The notes under the pieces are model-generated. The model made no database searches, had not been told where the DNA came from, and saw nothing but the letters and a program-made list of their open reading frames with translations. From Promethearchaeota archaeon (GTDB lineage Archaea; Asgardarchaeota; Lokiarchaeia; Sigyniarchaeales; SOKP01): 33,400 nucleotides of DNA. Position numbers and translations under genes: made by a program. Positions 1-8,651 of this stretch are shown one piece after another. The DNA is taken from positions 1-33,400 of the forward strand of contig JAEOTP010000020.1 of assembly GCA_016839765.1 (NCBI GenBank), read 5' to 3'. Position 1 is the stretch's first letter. Each line of letters starts with the position of its first letter.

Positions 1-1101
1 ACTAATATTTCCTTGATTCTTTAAACTTTTTTCAAACTCACTTTTTAAATAACTGTAAGGATAAAAGTATCCTAACTCTGAAAAATAACCATTTATATGC
101 TTTAACTTTAATAAAGTTTTAACTATATATTTTAATTCTAATTCGGATTCGATGACACTTAGAAAATCTTTAATTTCTTGTATTGAAATTCTTTTTTCTT
201 GCTCGAAAAAGTTGATTAATTTTTGCTTTTCAATTTCATAAAAATATATTTCATTGGTTTCATTATTTTTCATGTAAAAATAAATCTCTTCCTTCCCAAA
301 ACGAGAATTTTTAACCTTTTCTATGAACTCCTTTAATTGAATATCATTTTGCCTGCTTAAATCTGTAAAATTGAATTTTTTTATGATTAATCGGTTATGG
401 ATTAATTCATAAATTTTTTTAATACTTAAATCTTCAAGGTTGAGATTTTTAAACGGCCCATAAAATTTTTTACAGAGTCCTACCAATGTATTATGAAAGA
501 TTGATTCTTTTTTTCCAGAAAATAGTGTAGATATTTTATTTAGTCCTTTTCTAAACCAAAATATCTCATTAAAATAAAAAGTATCACATTCACTAAGAAA
601 TTCTAAAAGCGAATATAGATTGACTTCATCCTGCTCCTCTAAAAGAGCCCTAAATATATGTTCTTTATAATTACATAGTATTTTAGGTTTCATTTTTACG
701 ATCTCTTGAAGAAAGTAATAAGCATTCCCTTTTATATCTGAATTTTTATCTTTTAGAGCCAGAATAAAATCTAATAAATAATTATTAATATATTCTGGAT
801 TTGTAATCATTGCAAAACCTAATATAATTACAACGTTTAATCTTAACTTTAATTCAGGAGAATTTAGAAACTCCTGAACCTTTTCAATTATATCTTTAGA
901 TACAAATTTAAAATTCTCTTCTGCTAAAACACTTAGAATATAGGTTACTGGAACAACCACACCATCCTCATTTAAAAGACCTTTTAATTCCTCAACGAGT
1001 TTAAGTACTTTCTCAACTTTATTTTTGCTTAAATATTTATTCAATCTCCCAACGATGCTCTCAAGGATAGGATTATCCTTAAATTCTTCCAGATTAAACA
1101 T
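1..1101 (-). CDS. Large helical protein, N-terminal HEAT/ARM-like repeats followed by a probable winged-helix (PCI/UFL1-like) region; C-terminus runs off the window
   Basis: Not in the ORF track. Manual translation from ATG at 1101 gives 367 stop-free codons to base 1 (MFNLEEFKDNPILESIVGRL...). HEAT-like motifs: 'FLNSPELKLRLNVVIILG' and 'ALKDKNSDIKGNAYYFLQEI'. Distal wHTH-like segment: 'RISIQEIKDFLSV...LKHINGYFSELGYFYPYSYLKSEFEKSLKNQGNIS'. Starts 19 bp downstream of the HAD gene stop. The CDS is secure; the domain calls are inference. Confidence 0.8.
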   Translation of the reverse strand, partial: MFNLEEFKDNPILESIVGRLNKYLSKNKVEKVLKLVEELKGLLNEDGVVVPVTYILSVLAEENFKFVSKDIIEKVQEFLNSPELKLRLNVVIILGFAMITNPEYINNYLLDFILALKDKNSDIKGNAYYFLQEIVKMKPKILCNYKEHIFRALLEEQDEVNLYSLLEFLSECDTFYFNEIFWFRKGLNKISTLFSGKKESIFHNTLVGLCKKFYGPFKNLNLEDLSIKKIYELIHNRLIIKKFNFTDLSRQNDIQLKEFIEKVKNSRFGKEEIYFYMKNNETNEIYFYEIEKQKLINFFEQEKRISIQEIKDFLSVIESELELKYIVKTLLKLKHINGYFSELGYFYPYSYLKSEFEKSLKNQGNIS

Positions 1102-1120
1102 TATTACGTTTTTTTAATAC

Positions 1121-1846
1121 TTAATCTAATATGAATTTTTTGAATGGTTCAATATCCAAAAGAGTTTTAATTTCTTGAATAATAATTGTTGGTTTAGATT
1201 CTTCCAAATCCCCTTTAACTCCATGACCACTTAATAAAGCAATACTATTGATTCCAGCATTTTTTGCAGTTTTAATATCTGTTGGGAGGTCTCCTATGAA
1301 GTAAACATTATCCCTTATAATTGGAACCTTAAATTTCATTTTAATATACTTTAAAGCCAATAATATAGGGTAGGGATTAGGTTTTCTATATGGGGTGTTA
1401 TCTCTAGAAATATAAATTGAAAAATAGTTATCTAAATCTAATTTTTTCCTAAAGAAATTTAACCGGGCCTCACTAGTGTTCGAAACTATTCCTAAAGGAA
1501 ATCCGTTTGCCTTTAACTTTACCAAAACCTTTTTTAAATCATGTTTTAAAGTCTCATATTTTTCATACTTAGGATAAGAACGTCTATATTTCATAAAAAA
1601 GAAAATTCTTCTCCACCTACTTGGTATATACTTCTTATATACTTTATAGGCACGAATTAAAGCCTTGATTCTATTTTTAGAATCTGCTTCTTCAAAAAGT
1701 CGTGCAAAGTCTATTAATCTTAGATTTTCAATGTTTTTAAATCTATAAAATCTTTTTTTTAATAACTTTAAGGCTGCATATTCAAGGGCTTTCTGTGTAA
1801 TTACAACACCATCAAAATCAAATAACAATATTGGAATATGCGACAT
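1121..1846 (-). CDS. HAD-superfamily hydrolase (phosphoglycolate phosphatase-like, subfamily IA)
   Basis: Motif I FDFDGV, motif II VSN, motif III KPNP, motif IV IGDLPTD. Confidence 0.9.
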   Translation of the reverse strand: MSHIPILLFDFDGVVITQKALEYAALKLLKKRFYRFKNIENLRLIDFARLFEEADSKNRIKALIRAYKVYKKYIPSRWRRIFFFMKYRRSYPKYEKYETLKHDLKKVLVKLKANGFPLGIVSNTSEARLNFFRKKLDLDNYFSIYISRDNTPYRKPNPYPILLALKYIKMKFKVPIIRDNVYFIGDLPTDIKTAKNAGINSIALLSGHGVKGDLEESKPTIIIQEIKTLLDIEPFKKFILD

Positions 1847-2052
1847 TTGTATTACTTAAAATTTAATTTTATTCTTAAATCTAATCATTCAATTAATCGT
1901 ATGATTGAAATATTCTTACATCGAAAAAAACAGAGTTCTAGTTAATCTAAAAGTTTTCTATTGAAGATATTATTTAAGGTATAAGAAGGTTTTTTAAATA
2001 GAATTTCTATATATATTGTTAATAACTCCTTTTTTTAATAAAAATTAATATA

Positions 2053-2078
2053 TAGCAAAAAAAAGTAGCAAAAAAAAG
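2053..2078 (+). repeat. 13-bp tandem duplication TAGCAAAAAAAAG x2
   Basis: Exact copies at 2053-2065 and 2066-2078, just upstream of the ATG at 2082. Confidence 0.8.
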
Positions 2079-2081
2079 TGT

Positions 2082-2753
2082 ATGTTAACAATGTCTGAAA
2101 AAAAAACTAAAGCTATAAATGAAATTAAACTCAGATCATATCCGAAGGTAATCTTTTTATATCCCTTATTGATTGCCAGTTTCTTCCTTTGGATTTTGCA
2201 AATGGTTTTTGGAGAACCAGAAGCATGGTTTGGAAATATTTGGATGATAATATTCTTTGTTAATTTGTTTATAATGGCTTTTGACTTCTCTTCAACGAAA
2301 TTTTTTTTACTAATATTAGCTGTGGTAATTATTATATTATTATTGGTATTTTTATTACCTGGTGGTATTTTGCCTGCGGGAACATTTGATTTTAATATAG
2401 GATTAACTGCTGAATTTTACTTTGTAGTGACCATTGTATTAGCATTTATTTTGGGATTAGTGGTTATTAGTGCTCAATTTGACTACTGGAAGATTGAAAG
2501 AAACGAAATGTATCATAAAAAAGGGATATTTACTTCTGCTGAACGAATTCCTACTAAAGGTTTAAGAATTTTAAAAGAAATACCTGATGTATTTGAATTT
2601 TTTGTATTAAGAGCAGGTTCTATTACACTTATGCCAGGACACGGTGATGTCATTCCTTTAACCACTGTTTTAAATGTAAATAAAAAATCAGAACAAATTG
2701 ATTGGCTTCTAAGTCATATTAGTATGGAACCTGATGAGTTAGACAATCATTAA
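2082..2753 (+). CDS. Uncharacterised integral membrane protein (about 4 TM helices plus a soluble C-terminal domain, possibly PH-like)
   Basis: Four hydrophobic segments followed by a polar beta-rich C-terminus ('KEIPDVFEFFVLRAGSITL'); start may be the ATG at 2091. Confidence 0.75.
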   Translation: MLTMSEKKTKAINEIKLRSYPKVIFLYPLLIASFFLWILQMVFGEPEAWFGNIWMIIFFVNLFIMAFDFSSTKFFLLILAVVIIILLLVFLLPGGILPAGTFDFNIGLTAEFYFVVTIVLAFILGLVVISAQFDYWKIERNEMYHKKGIFTSAERIPTKGLRILKEIPDVFEFFVLRAGSITLMPGHGDVIPLTTVLNVNKKSEQIDWLLSHISMEPDELDNH

Positions 2754-2844
2754 GGTATAAGAAATCAATTTGATAAATAACTTTTATTTTTTATTTTTTT
2801 ATGATTTTCACTATAAATCAATTAAAAAGCAATTAGTTTAAGAA

Positions 2845-3603
2845 TTAAAAATACTGCCAGATAGATTGTACCATTCTGTAAGAAAGAGCTATTTGTTGAT
2901 TTCCTTGGTTGCTTATTCCCATATGACCAGGAAGTAGATATTTTACATCTAAATTATTAGCAAATTTGATTGATTCTGTTAAAATTTTTAAGGAGCCTCC
3001 GGGGAAGTCATAACGACCAAAACTTCCTCCAGTAAATACCAAATCACCAGGAATTAATATTTTTTTACTTGACTCGTAATAAGATATTGAACCTAATGAA
3101 TGTCCAGGTGTATAAAATATTTGAAACTTAAAATCTTTATTCACATTTATGGATTTTAAATCAATTAAGTCTTTTACTTGTAAAGGAACAACACTGACAT
3201 CAAACATACTAGGTCCTATACCAAGATTGCCAGGAAAAATTTTTGATTCATCTCCCTTCTGCAGAATTTTGGCAGTTTCTCCATATGCATAAATTTCTGG
3301 AGGTTCATCTTTTAATAAATTCATTAAAGGATAAAGACCAAGAACATGATCGACGTGTTCATGAGTTAAATATATTTTTCTTACATTTTTAAGTTCTAAA
3401 TTTAACTCTTCCATTCCTTCTATTAATCCCCTTAAAGAAATCCCATTTCCCGCATCAAAAAGCGTCAAAGCATTGGATTCAGAATCTTTAATTATATATT
3501 GATTACAATCCAACATAGGATTTTCATTGAAGTAGTATAAATTTTCAATGACTTCCTTGCCTGTTTTTTTTGAACTACTTATTCCGGAGAAAAACATATT
3601 CAA
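2845..3603 (-). CDS. Metallo-beta-lactamase-fold hydrolase (glyoxalase II-like)
   Basis: THEHVDH (HxHxDH), TPGHS, GDLVF and LPGH motifs; start may be the ATG at 3597. Confidence 0.92.
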   Translation of the reverse strand: MNMFFSGISSSKKTGKEVIENLYYFNENPMLDCNQYIIKDSESNALTLFDAGNGISLRGLIEGMEELNLELKNVRKIYLTHEHVDHVLGLYPLMNLLKDEPPEIYAYGETAKILQKGDESKIFPGNLGIGPSMFDVSVVPLQVKDLIDLKSINVNKDFKFQIFYTPGHSLGSISYYESSKKILIPGDLVFTGGSFGRYDFPGGSLKILTESIKFANNLDVKYLLPGHMGISNQGNQQIALSYRMVQSIWQYF

Positions 3604-3701
3604 AAACTCGAAGTTTGCAAAAATAAAAATCTCTTTCTTTTAATGTTTTTCCTTTCAGAATTATAAAAAATAATTAATTTTAAAAAAATCAATTATTAAT
3701 T

Positions 3702-4112
3702 ATGAAAAATGGATCTTCCTATTACGAAAATATAGAGGATTTAAAATCAAAAATTGGATTTGGAATAAAGTTTTGGTTAGAATTTCAAAATGATAAACGT
3801 AAAAATATATTAGGTTCAGGATGGGCAAAATTGTTGGAAAATATTGATAATACACAAAAAAATGAAACTAAGTCTTTAACTTTAGCTGCAAAAGAATGTG
3901 GATATTCATATAAATATGCTTGGAATATTATAAAAAGGATTGAAGATAGAACAGGCATGTCTCCTGTAGAAACCAGTAAAGGAGGCCGTGGAGGTGGTGG
4001 TTGGGTTAAATTGAATGAATGGGGTAAATATCTATTAAAAACTTATCGAAATTTACTTTTTGAATTAATAGAAATTGAGAAAAAACTTGAAAAATCCTTT
4101 AAAATAGATTAA
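3702..4112 (+). CDS. modE: ModE-family winged-helix transcriptional regulator (N-terminal DNA-binding domain only)
   Basis: 'SLTLAAKECGYSYKYAWNIIKRIE...VETSKGGRGGGG...LNEWG' is the ModE wHTH signature; no TOBE/molybdate-binding domains. Confidence 0.8.
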   Translation: MKNGSSYYENIEDLKSKIGFGIKFWLEFQNDKRKNILGSGWAKLLENIDNTQKNETKSLTLAAKECGYSYKYAWNIIKRIEDRTGMSPVETSKGGRGGGGWVKLNEWGKYLLKTYRNLLFELIEIEKKLEKSFKID

Positions 4113-4206
4113 TAATTAAATTTTAATTTTAACAATTATTATTTAATTTAAGAAAGTTGATAATCTTTCTCATTTTATATCAATAAGCACTTAATAGGAA
4201 AATTTT

Positions 4207-4632
4207 ATGGAAGATAAACTCCAAAAATTTAATGAAGTAAAAGTTACTGAATTCATGATAAAGGATCCATTATATACAAGCCCTAATGAGAAAATAAGTA
4301 CTACTGAGCTTTTAATGTTAAGAAAAAATGTAGGTTGCCTTCCTGTTGTTAATAATTCTAAAAGCAAGAAAGTAATTGGAATAATAAGTCAGAGAGATAT
4401 TCGATTAGCTCGATTTGCTATGAATTTGGAATCTCCAAACACCAGAGTAAGAGATTTAATGACTCCCGATCCTATTATTGCTAAAAAAACAGATTCATTA
4501 ACTCAAATATTGGAAAAATTAGTAAAACATGATATCGAGCGATTACCTGTTATAAACGATAATGAAGAATTAATTGGTTTCATTACAAAACAATCGATTA
4601 TTGAAACAATTTACAAATATCTAAAAGAGTAG
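4207..4632 (+). CDS. CBS-domain pair protein
   Basis: Two CBS repeats: 'VTEFM...GCLPVV...VIGIISQRDI' and 'VRDLM...IERLPVI...LIGFITKQSI'. Confidence 0.92.
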   Translation: MEDKLQKFNEVKVTEFMIKDPLYTSPNEKISTTELLMLRKNVGCLPVVNNSKSKKVIGIISQRDIRLARFAMNLESPNTRVRDLMTPDPIIAKKTDSLTQILEKLVKHDIERLPVINDNEELIGFITKQSIIETIYKYLKE

Positions 4633-4777
4633 ATTAATTAATCAAAATAAGTCATCTAAAGACTTAATTAAGACGTTATCTTTTTAAAAAAAAAACACAT
4701 ACATTTTTTTATTACAATCAATACTTTGTGTTTATAGGAAATATTGTTCAAAAAAATTAAAATAAATGTGATCTAGT

Positions 4778-6304
4778 ATGGCAATACCCCTTTCTGGAAC
4801 ACCGGTAATTCTCGATATCGGGTCTGCCTACACCAAAATAGGCTTTGCTGGTGAACCAGGCCCGCGTTTTATCTTTCCCACAATTACTGGAACTGAGAAA
4901 TATAAAGCTGTAATGGTGGATGTGAGTGCCAGAAACATATATGTTGGTAATGATGCTGCAAAAATGCGTGGAGTTTTGAAGATCAAACGCCCTATTGAAA
5001 GGGGAGCAATAATGGATTGGAACGATTTTTATGAAATTTTAAATTATTGCTTTTATTCACTTTTAAGAATTCCTGATGTTTCTCAGTATCCTGTTTTATA
5101 TACAGAGCCCCCTTTTTTACAGAAAGAAACTAAAGAATATGTTGCACGAGTATTGTTTGAAACTCACAGAGTTAAAAGCCTTATAATGGTTCCTACGCCT
5201 ATATTGTCTATGTTTAGTGTAGGATTAACTTCAGGTTTAATTATTGAAAGTGGAGATGGTATTACTTGGATTTGCCCAATCATTAATGGGCAAATTGTTG
5301 ATCAATCAGTACAAAAGTTAACATTAGGAGGTACTGACGTTAATCAATATCTGAAAAATCTGCTAATGAGAGAAGGTATTCATATAGAATCTAGTGCAGT
5401 TGATGAGATTATAAAAGATATGAAGGAAAAGAATTGTTATTTTGTATTGGATCCAAAAAATCCTCCAAAAAAAGATGAAAGGTTTAGCATTGCTATGCCA
5501 GATGGTTCTACTATAAGTATTCCACATTATATTTTTCATGAGGCACCTGAAGTACTATTCCAACCTAATTTAGTGGGATATCCGATAAGTAATGTACCTC
5601 AAGCTATTATTACAAGTCTCCAAGGGATTGATAAATATTATTGGAGTGAACTATTATCACATGTGGTTATTTCAGGTGGTAATTTGTCATACTCTGGTTT
5701 TGAAGAAAGGTTAAGAATAGAATTAAAAAAGCTACTTCCTCAATTAGGAAAAATACCTAAACCAAAAAGACAGAGCCCTAAGACTAAAGAAAAGGCTAAA
5801 CTGAAATCTATTGAAGGTTCGAAGAAAAAGCAAGATAATTGTCCTCATTGTGGCGTCCTTTTAGATTTATCTGATGAAAAAGAATTGTGTCCTAACTGCG
5901 GTGGTAGAATTGTGCTACCAGAGCTTTCTATTAATATAAATACCTCTAGTAAAAAGGCTCCTGTCATTGATGGTAAACTCTTATGTCCTCATTGTGGAAA
6001 GGAAATAACTGATATTGACTCTCTCTTTTGTCCATATTGTGGAAAAAACGTAGAATCACCCGATTTAGAAGAGATATCGAAAAAAGTTATTGATGAACCA
6101 CCTCCAGCTAAAGAATTTGCTGGTTTTTACGAGTCCTCAGAAGAAATTCTTAAATTCTTTGTTCCTGATAATCTTCAATACGCCATTTTTAGTGGAGCAA
6201 CAATTTTAGGAACGCTTCCTTCGTTTCAAAGGTTATTTATTACCCACGAGCAATTTCTTTCTAATAGTGATCTTTTATACAAAGATATAAGTGAAATTTT
6301 TTAA
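4778..6304 (+). CDS. Divergent Asgard actin-family / actin-related protein with an inserted double zinc-ribbon region
   Basis: Actin motifs collinear throughout: phosphate-1 'LDIGSAYTKIGFAGE', 'YVGNDA..RGVL...PIERG.I.DW', phosphate-2 'ESGDG', 'MKEKNCY', 'PDG', 'PEVLFQP', adenosine 'VISGGN...GFEERL', C-terminal 'GATILGTL.SFQ..FIT..QF'. An insert with CPHC/CPNC/CPHC/CPYC lies at about 5750-6143. Confidence 0.93.
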   Translation: MAIPLSGTPVILDIGSAYTKIGFAGEPGPRFIFPTITGTEKYKAVMVDVSARNIYVGNDAAKMRGVLKIKRPIERGAIMDWNDFYEILNYCFYSLLRIPDVSQYPVLYTEPPFLQKETKEYVARVLFETHRVKSLIMVPTPILSMFSVGLTSGLIIESGDGITWICPIINGQIVDQSVQKLTLGGTDVNQYLKNLLMREGIHIESSAVDEIIKDMKEKNCYFVLDPKNPPKKDERFSIAMPDGSTISIPHYIFHEAPEVLFQPNLVGYPISNVPQAIITSLQGIDKYYWSELLSHVVISGGNLSYSGFEERLRIELKKLLPQLGKIPKPKRQSPKTKEKAKLKSIEGSKKKQDNCPHCGVLLDLSDEKELCPNCGGRIVLPELSININTSSKKAPVIDGKLLCPHCGKEITDIDSLFCPYCGKNVESPDLEEISKKVIDEPPPAKEFAGFYESSEEILKFFVPDNLQYAIFSGATILGTLPSFQRLFITHEQFLSNSDLLYKDISEIF

Positions 6305-6318
6305 TTTGATTTAGAAAA

Positions 6319-6356
6319 TTTTCCTAAAATTTCCCTGTTCATTTTTCCTAAAATTT
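6319..6356 (+). repeat. 14-bp direct repeat TTTTCCTAAAATTT x2 downstream of the actin gene (possible terminator or regulator site)
   Basis: Copies at 6319-6332 and 6343-6356; function is not evident. Confidence 0.5.
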
Positions 6357-6460
6357 TATCCAAAAATTCTGACTTGTCTCTATTAATATAGTTAATTTTT
6401 AATTTCAAGTTAAATTAAAAAAATTAAAACTTATTTAAGACTATATTGAGGTTTTCTTAA

Positions 6461-7567
6461 TTGAAAAATAAACAACGTAGCTTAACAATAATAACTTTAA
6501 TGTTTACGGTATTTTTAATGTTTATTCCAGTAGTTTCAGCGAAAACAAGACAGAGCTACTTAGCAGATTTTCTTTTTCAAAACCAAATAGGAAATGAGAA
6601 ATTTGGTAATTCATATAAGGATACCTCATATGCTTTAGAAATAATTGATTATTATGATTTGTATGAAATTCAGGGATTATTTGGGCCTGAAACTAAAGTA
6701 GATAAACCAACTTTTATTGAAAATTTAGAAACAAAAGTAGAGGAAATGTTTGATGATGGAGAAATAGACTTATATGATTTATATTATTTATTAAGTTCAT
6801 TAGATATCTTAAATGGATCAGTCGCATTAGATTCAAATTACAAAGATAAGGTACATGAATATATTAATCAGACGGAGCAAATTTCTGGAGGTTATGCTAT
6901 AACTAATACATCTGCATCAGCAAATTTGGTTTCAACATATATTGTATACAATATATATACTTTATTAGATGAACCCATTTTCAATCAAACAACTCATTTA
7001 AATTGGATTTTATTGTGTAATAATACAGATGGTGGTTATGGAGGAAATCAAACATTACCTTCTACAATATTAACAACCTATTGTGCAGTATATTTAGTCA
7101 GTAAATTAACTACCGTAGATGATCTTGATAATAAAACTGCTACTTTAAATTACATACTTTCATTCTATTGTGATGATTCGCTTGATTCAGATAATTATGG
7201 AGGATTTCTGCCCGATTTAATCACAAATAATGCGCTATTAAGTAGTACTTATTACAGTATTGAATCTATAGAATTAATTGATGATTCAATATTAAATCCC
7301 GCAGCAACTATAGCCTGGGTATTATTTCGTCAAAATTTTCAAGACGGAGGATTTGTAGATGATCCTAGCGAGCATGAAGAAGGACTCTCCTCTATACCTG
7401 CAACTTTTCATGCATTTAAAATATTACATATCTTAAATGCTCTTGATAATTTAAATCAAGATATCTTTATGGTAGAATTCAATTATATAATTTTGATTAT
7501 AGTACTTTCGGTTATTGGTATAATAGCTGTAATAATTGTATTTATTTGGAGAAAAAGAAGATTATAA
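6461..7567 (+). CDS. Secreted, C-terminally membrane-anchored prenyltransferase/squalene oxidase repeat (alpha-alpha barrel) protein
   Basis: TTG start; signal peptide ending 'PVVSA'; repeats 'EQISGGYA', 'CNNTDGGYGG', 'NYGGFLP', 'RQNFQDGGFV'; C-terminal TM helix and basic tail WRKRRL; several NxS/T sequons. Confidence 0.8.
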   Translation: MKNKQRSLTIITLMFTVFLMFIPVVSAKTRQSYLADFLFQNQIGNEKFGNSYKDTSYALEIIDYYDLYEIQGLFGPETKVDKPTFIENLETKVEEMFDDGEIDLYDLYYLLSSLDILNGSVALDSNYKDKVHEYINQTEQISGGYAITNTSASANLVSTYIVYNIYTLLDEPIFNQTTHLNWILLCNNTDGGYGGNQTLPSTILTTYCAVYLVSKLTTVDDLDNKTATLNYILSFYCDDSLDSDNYGGFLPDLITNNALLSSTYYSIESIELIDDSILNPAATIAWVLFRQNFQDGGFVDDPSEHEEGLSSIPATFHAFKILHILNALDNLNQDIFMVEFNYIILIIVLSVIGIIAVIIVFIWRKRRL

Positions 7568-7679
7568 CCCTTCCTCTATATTTAATAATCATCTAATAAT
7601 ATTTAATTAAATCTTTGATTAACAATTTCATATATTGACTTTTATATTCATAAAATTAATTTGTACAATTAGATTAACC

Positions 7680-8540
7680 ATGGAAAAAATCCTTGATGGA
7701 AAAAAATTAGCAGAAAAACTTAATTCTGAGTTAAAACAAGAAATTAACAATATTTTTGAAAAAACTGGAGTAAAACCAAAATTAGCGGCAATATTAGCAA
7801 ATGAAGATCCTGGCTCAGAGATATATGTAAATATGAAGAGGAAGAAATGTGCTGAGGTTGGCATTGAATCAATCTTGATTAAATTAGAAAAAGACATTTC
7901 AGAAAATACATTATTGGAAGAGATAAATAAACTCAATAATGATAATACTGTTCATGGTATTCTTTTGCAATTACCTCTTCCAACTAAATTAAAAGAGAGT
8001 ACAAATAAGTTTATAGAAAAAATTTCTCCCCTTAAAGATGTAGATGGTTTTAATCCTATTAATAAAGGTTTGCTTTTTGATTATAACGAAGAATTAGCAC
8101 CATGTACTCCCAAAGGAATAATTGCCCTGCTTGAATACTACAGCATAGAACTTAAGGGAAAAGACGTAGTTATCATTAATCGTTCCAATTTAGTGGGGAA
8201 GCCTCTTATTTTCATGCTTTTAAAGCGAAATGCAACTATAACGGTTTGTCATACATCAACAAAGAATATAGATAAGCACTTAAAAAGGGCGGATATATTA
8301 ATAGTTGCTGTAGGGAAACCTAAGTTTATAACAAAAGAAAAAATTAAAGAAGGCGCTATTATTATTGACGTGGGACAAAGTAGAGTTGAAGGGAAATTAT
8401 TTGGAGATGTTGATTTTGATCAAGTTTTTGAAAAATGCGGAGCGATTACCCCAACACCTGGGGGAGTAGGACCACTTACAGTAGCATTTTTACTCCAAAA
8501 TACCTTTATCGCATATAAAAAACAATTAAAAATTAACTAA
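7680..8540 (+). CDS. folD: Bifunctional methylenetetrahydrofolate dehydrogenase/cyclohydrolase
   Basis: 'ILDGKKLA', 'YVNMK', 'VHGILLQLPLP', 'KDVDGF', 'PCTPKG', 'RSNLVGKP', 'ITPTPGGVGPLT'; ATG at 7680 preferred over the TTG at 7635. Confidence 0.97.
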   Translation: MEKILDGKKLAEKLNSELKQEINNIFEKTGVKPKLAAILANEDPGSEIYVNMKRKKCAEVGIESILIKLEKDISENTLLEEINKLNNDNTVHGILLQLPLPTKLKESTNKFIEKISPLKDVDGFNPINKGLLFDYNEELAPCTPKGIIALLEYYSIELKGKDVVIINRSNLVGKPLIFMLLKRNATITVCHTSTKNIDKHLKRADILIVAVGKPKFITKEKIKEGAIIIDVGQSRVEGKLFGDVDFDQVFEKCGAITPTPGGVGPLTVAFLLQNTFIAYKKQLKIN

Positions 8541-8651
8541 TAACTTTTGAAAACAATTTATATTAAGAATTTATAATAATAATATACAATATTACAAATT
8601 TTTAAATGTATATTGTAAGAGTATTATATTCTTTTACAGTGAGAAAATATA

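Noticed and set aside
7628-7936. 102-aa minus-strand ORF
   Set aside because: Antisense shadow of folD with no motifs
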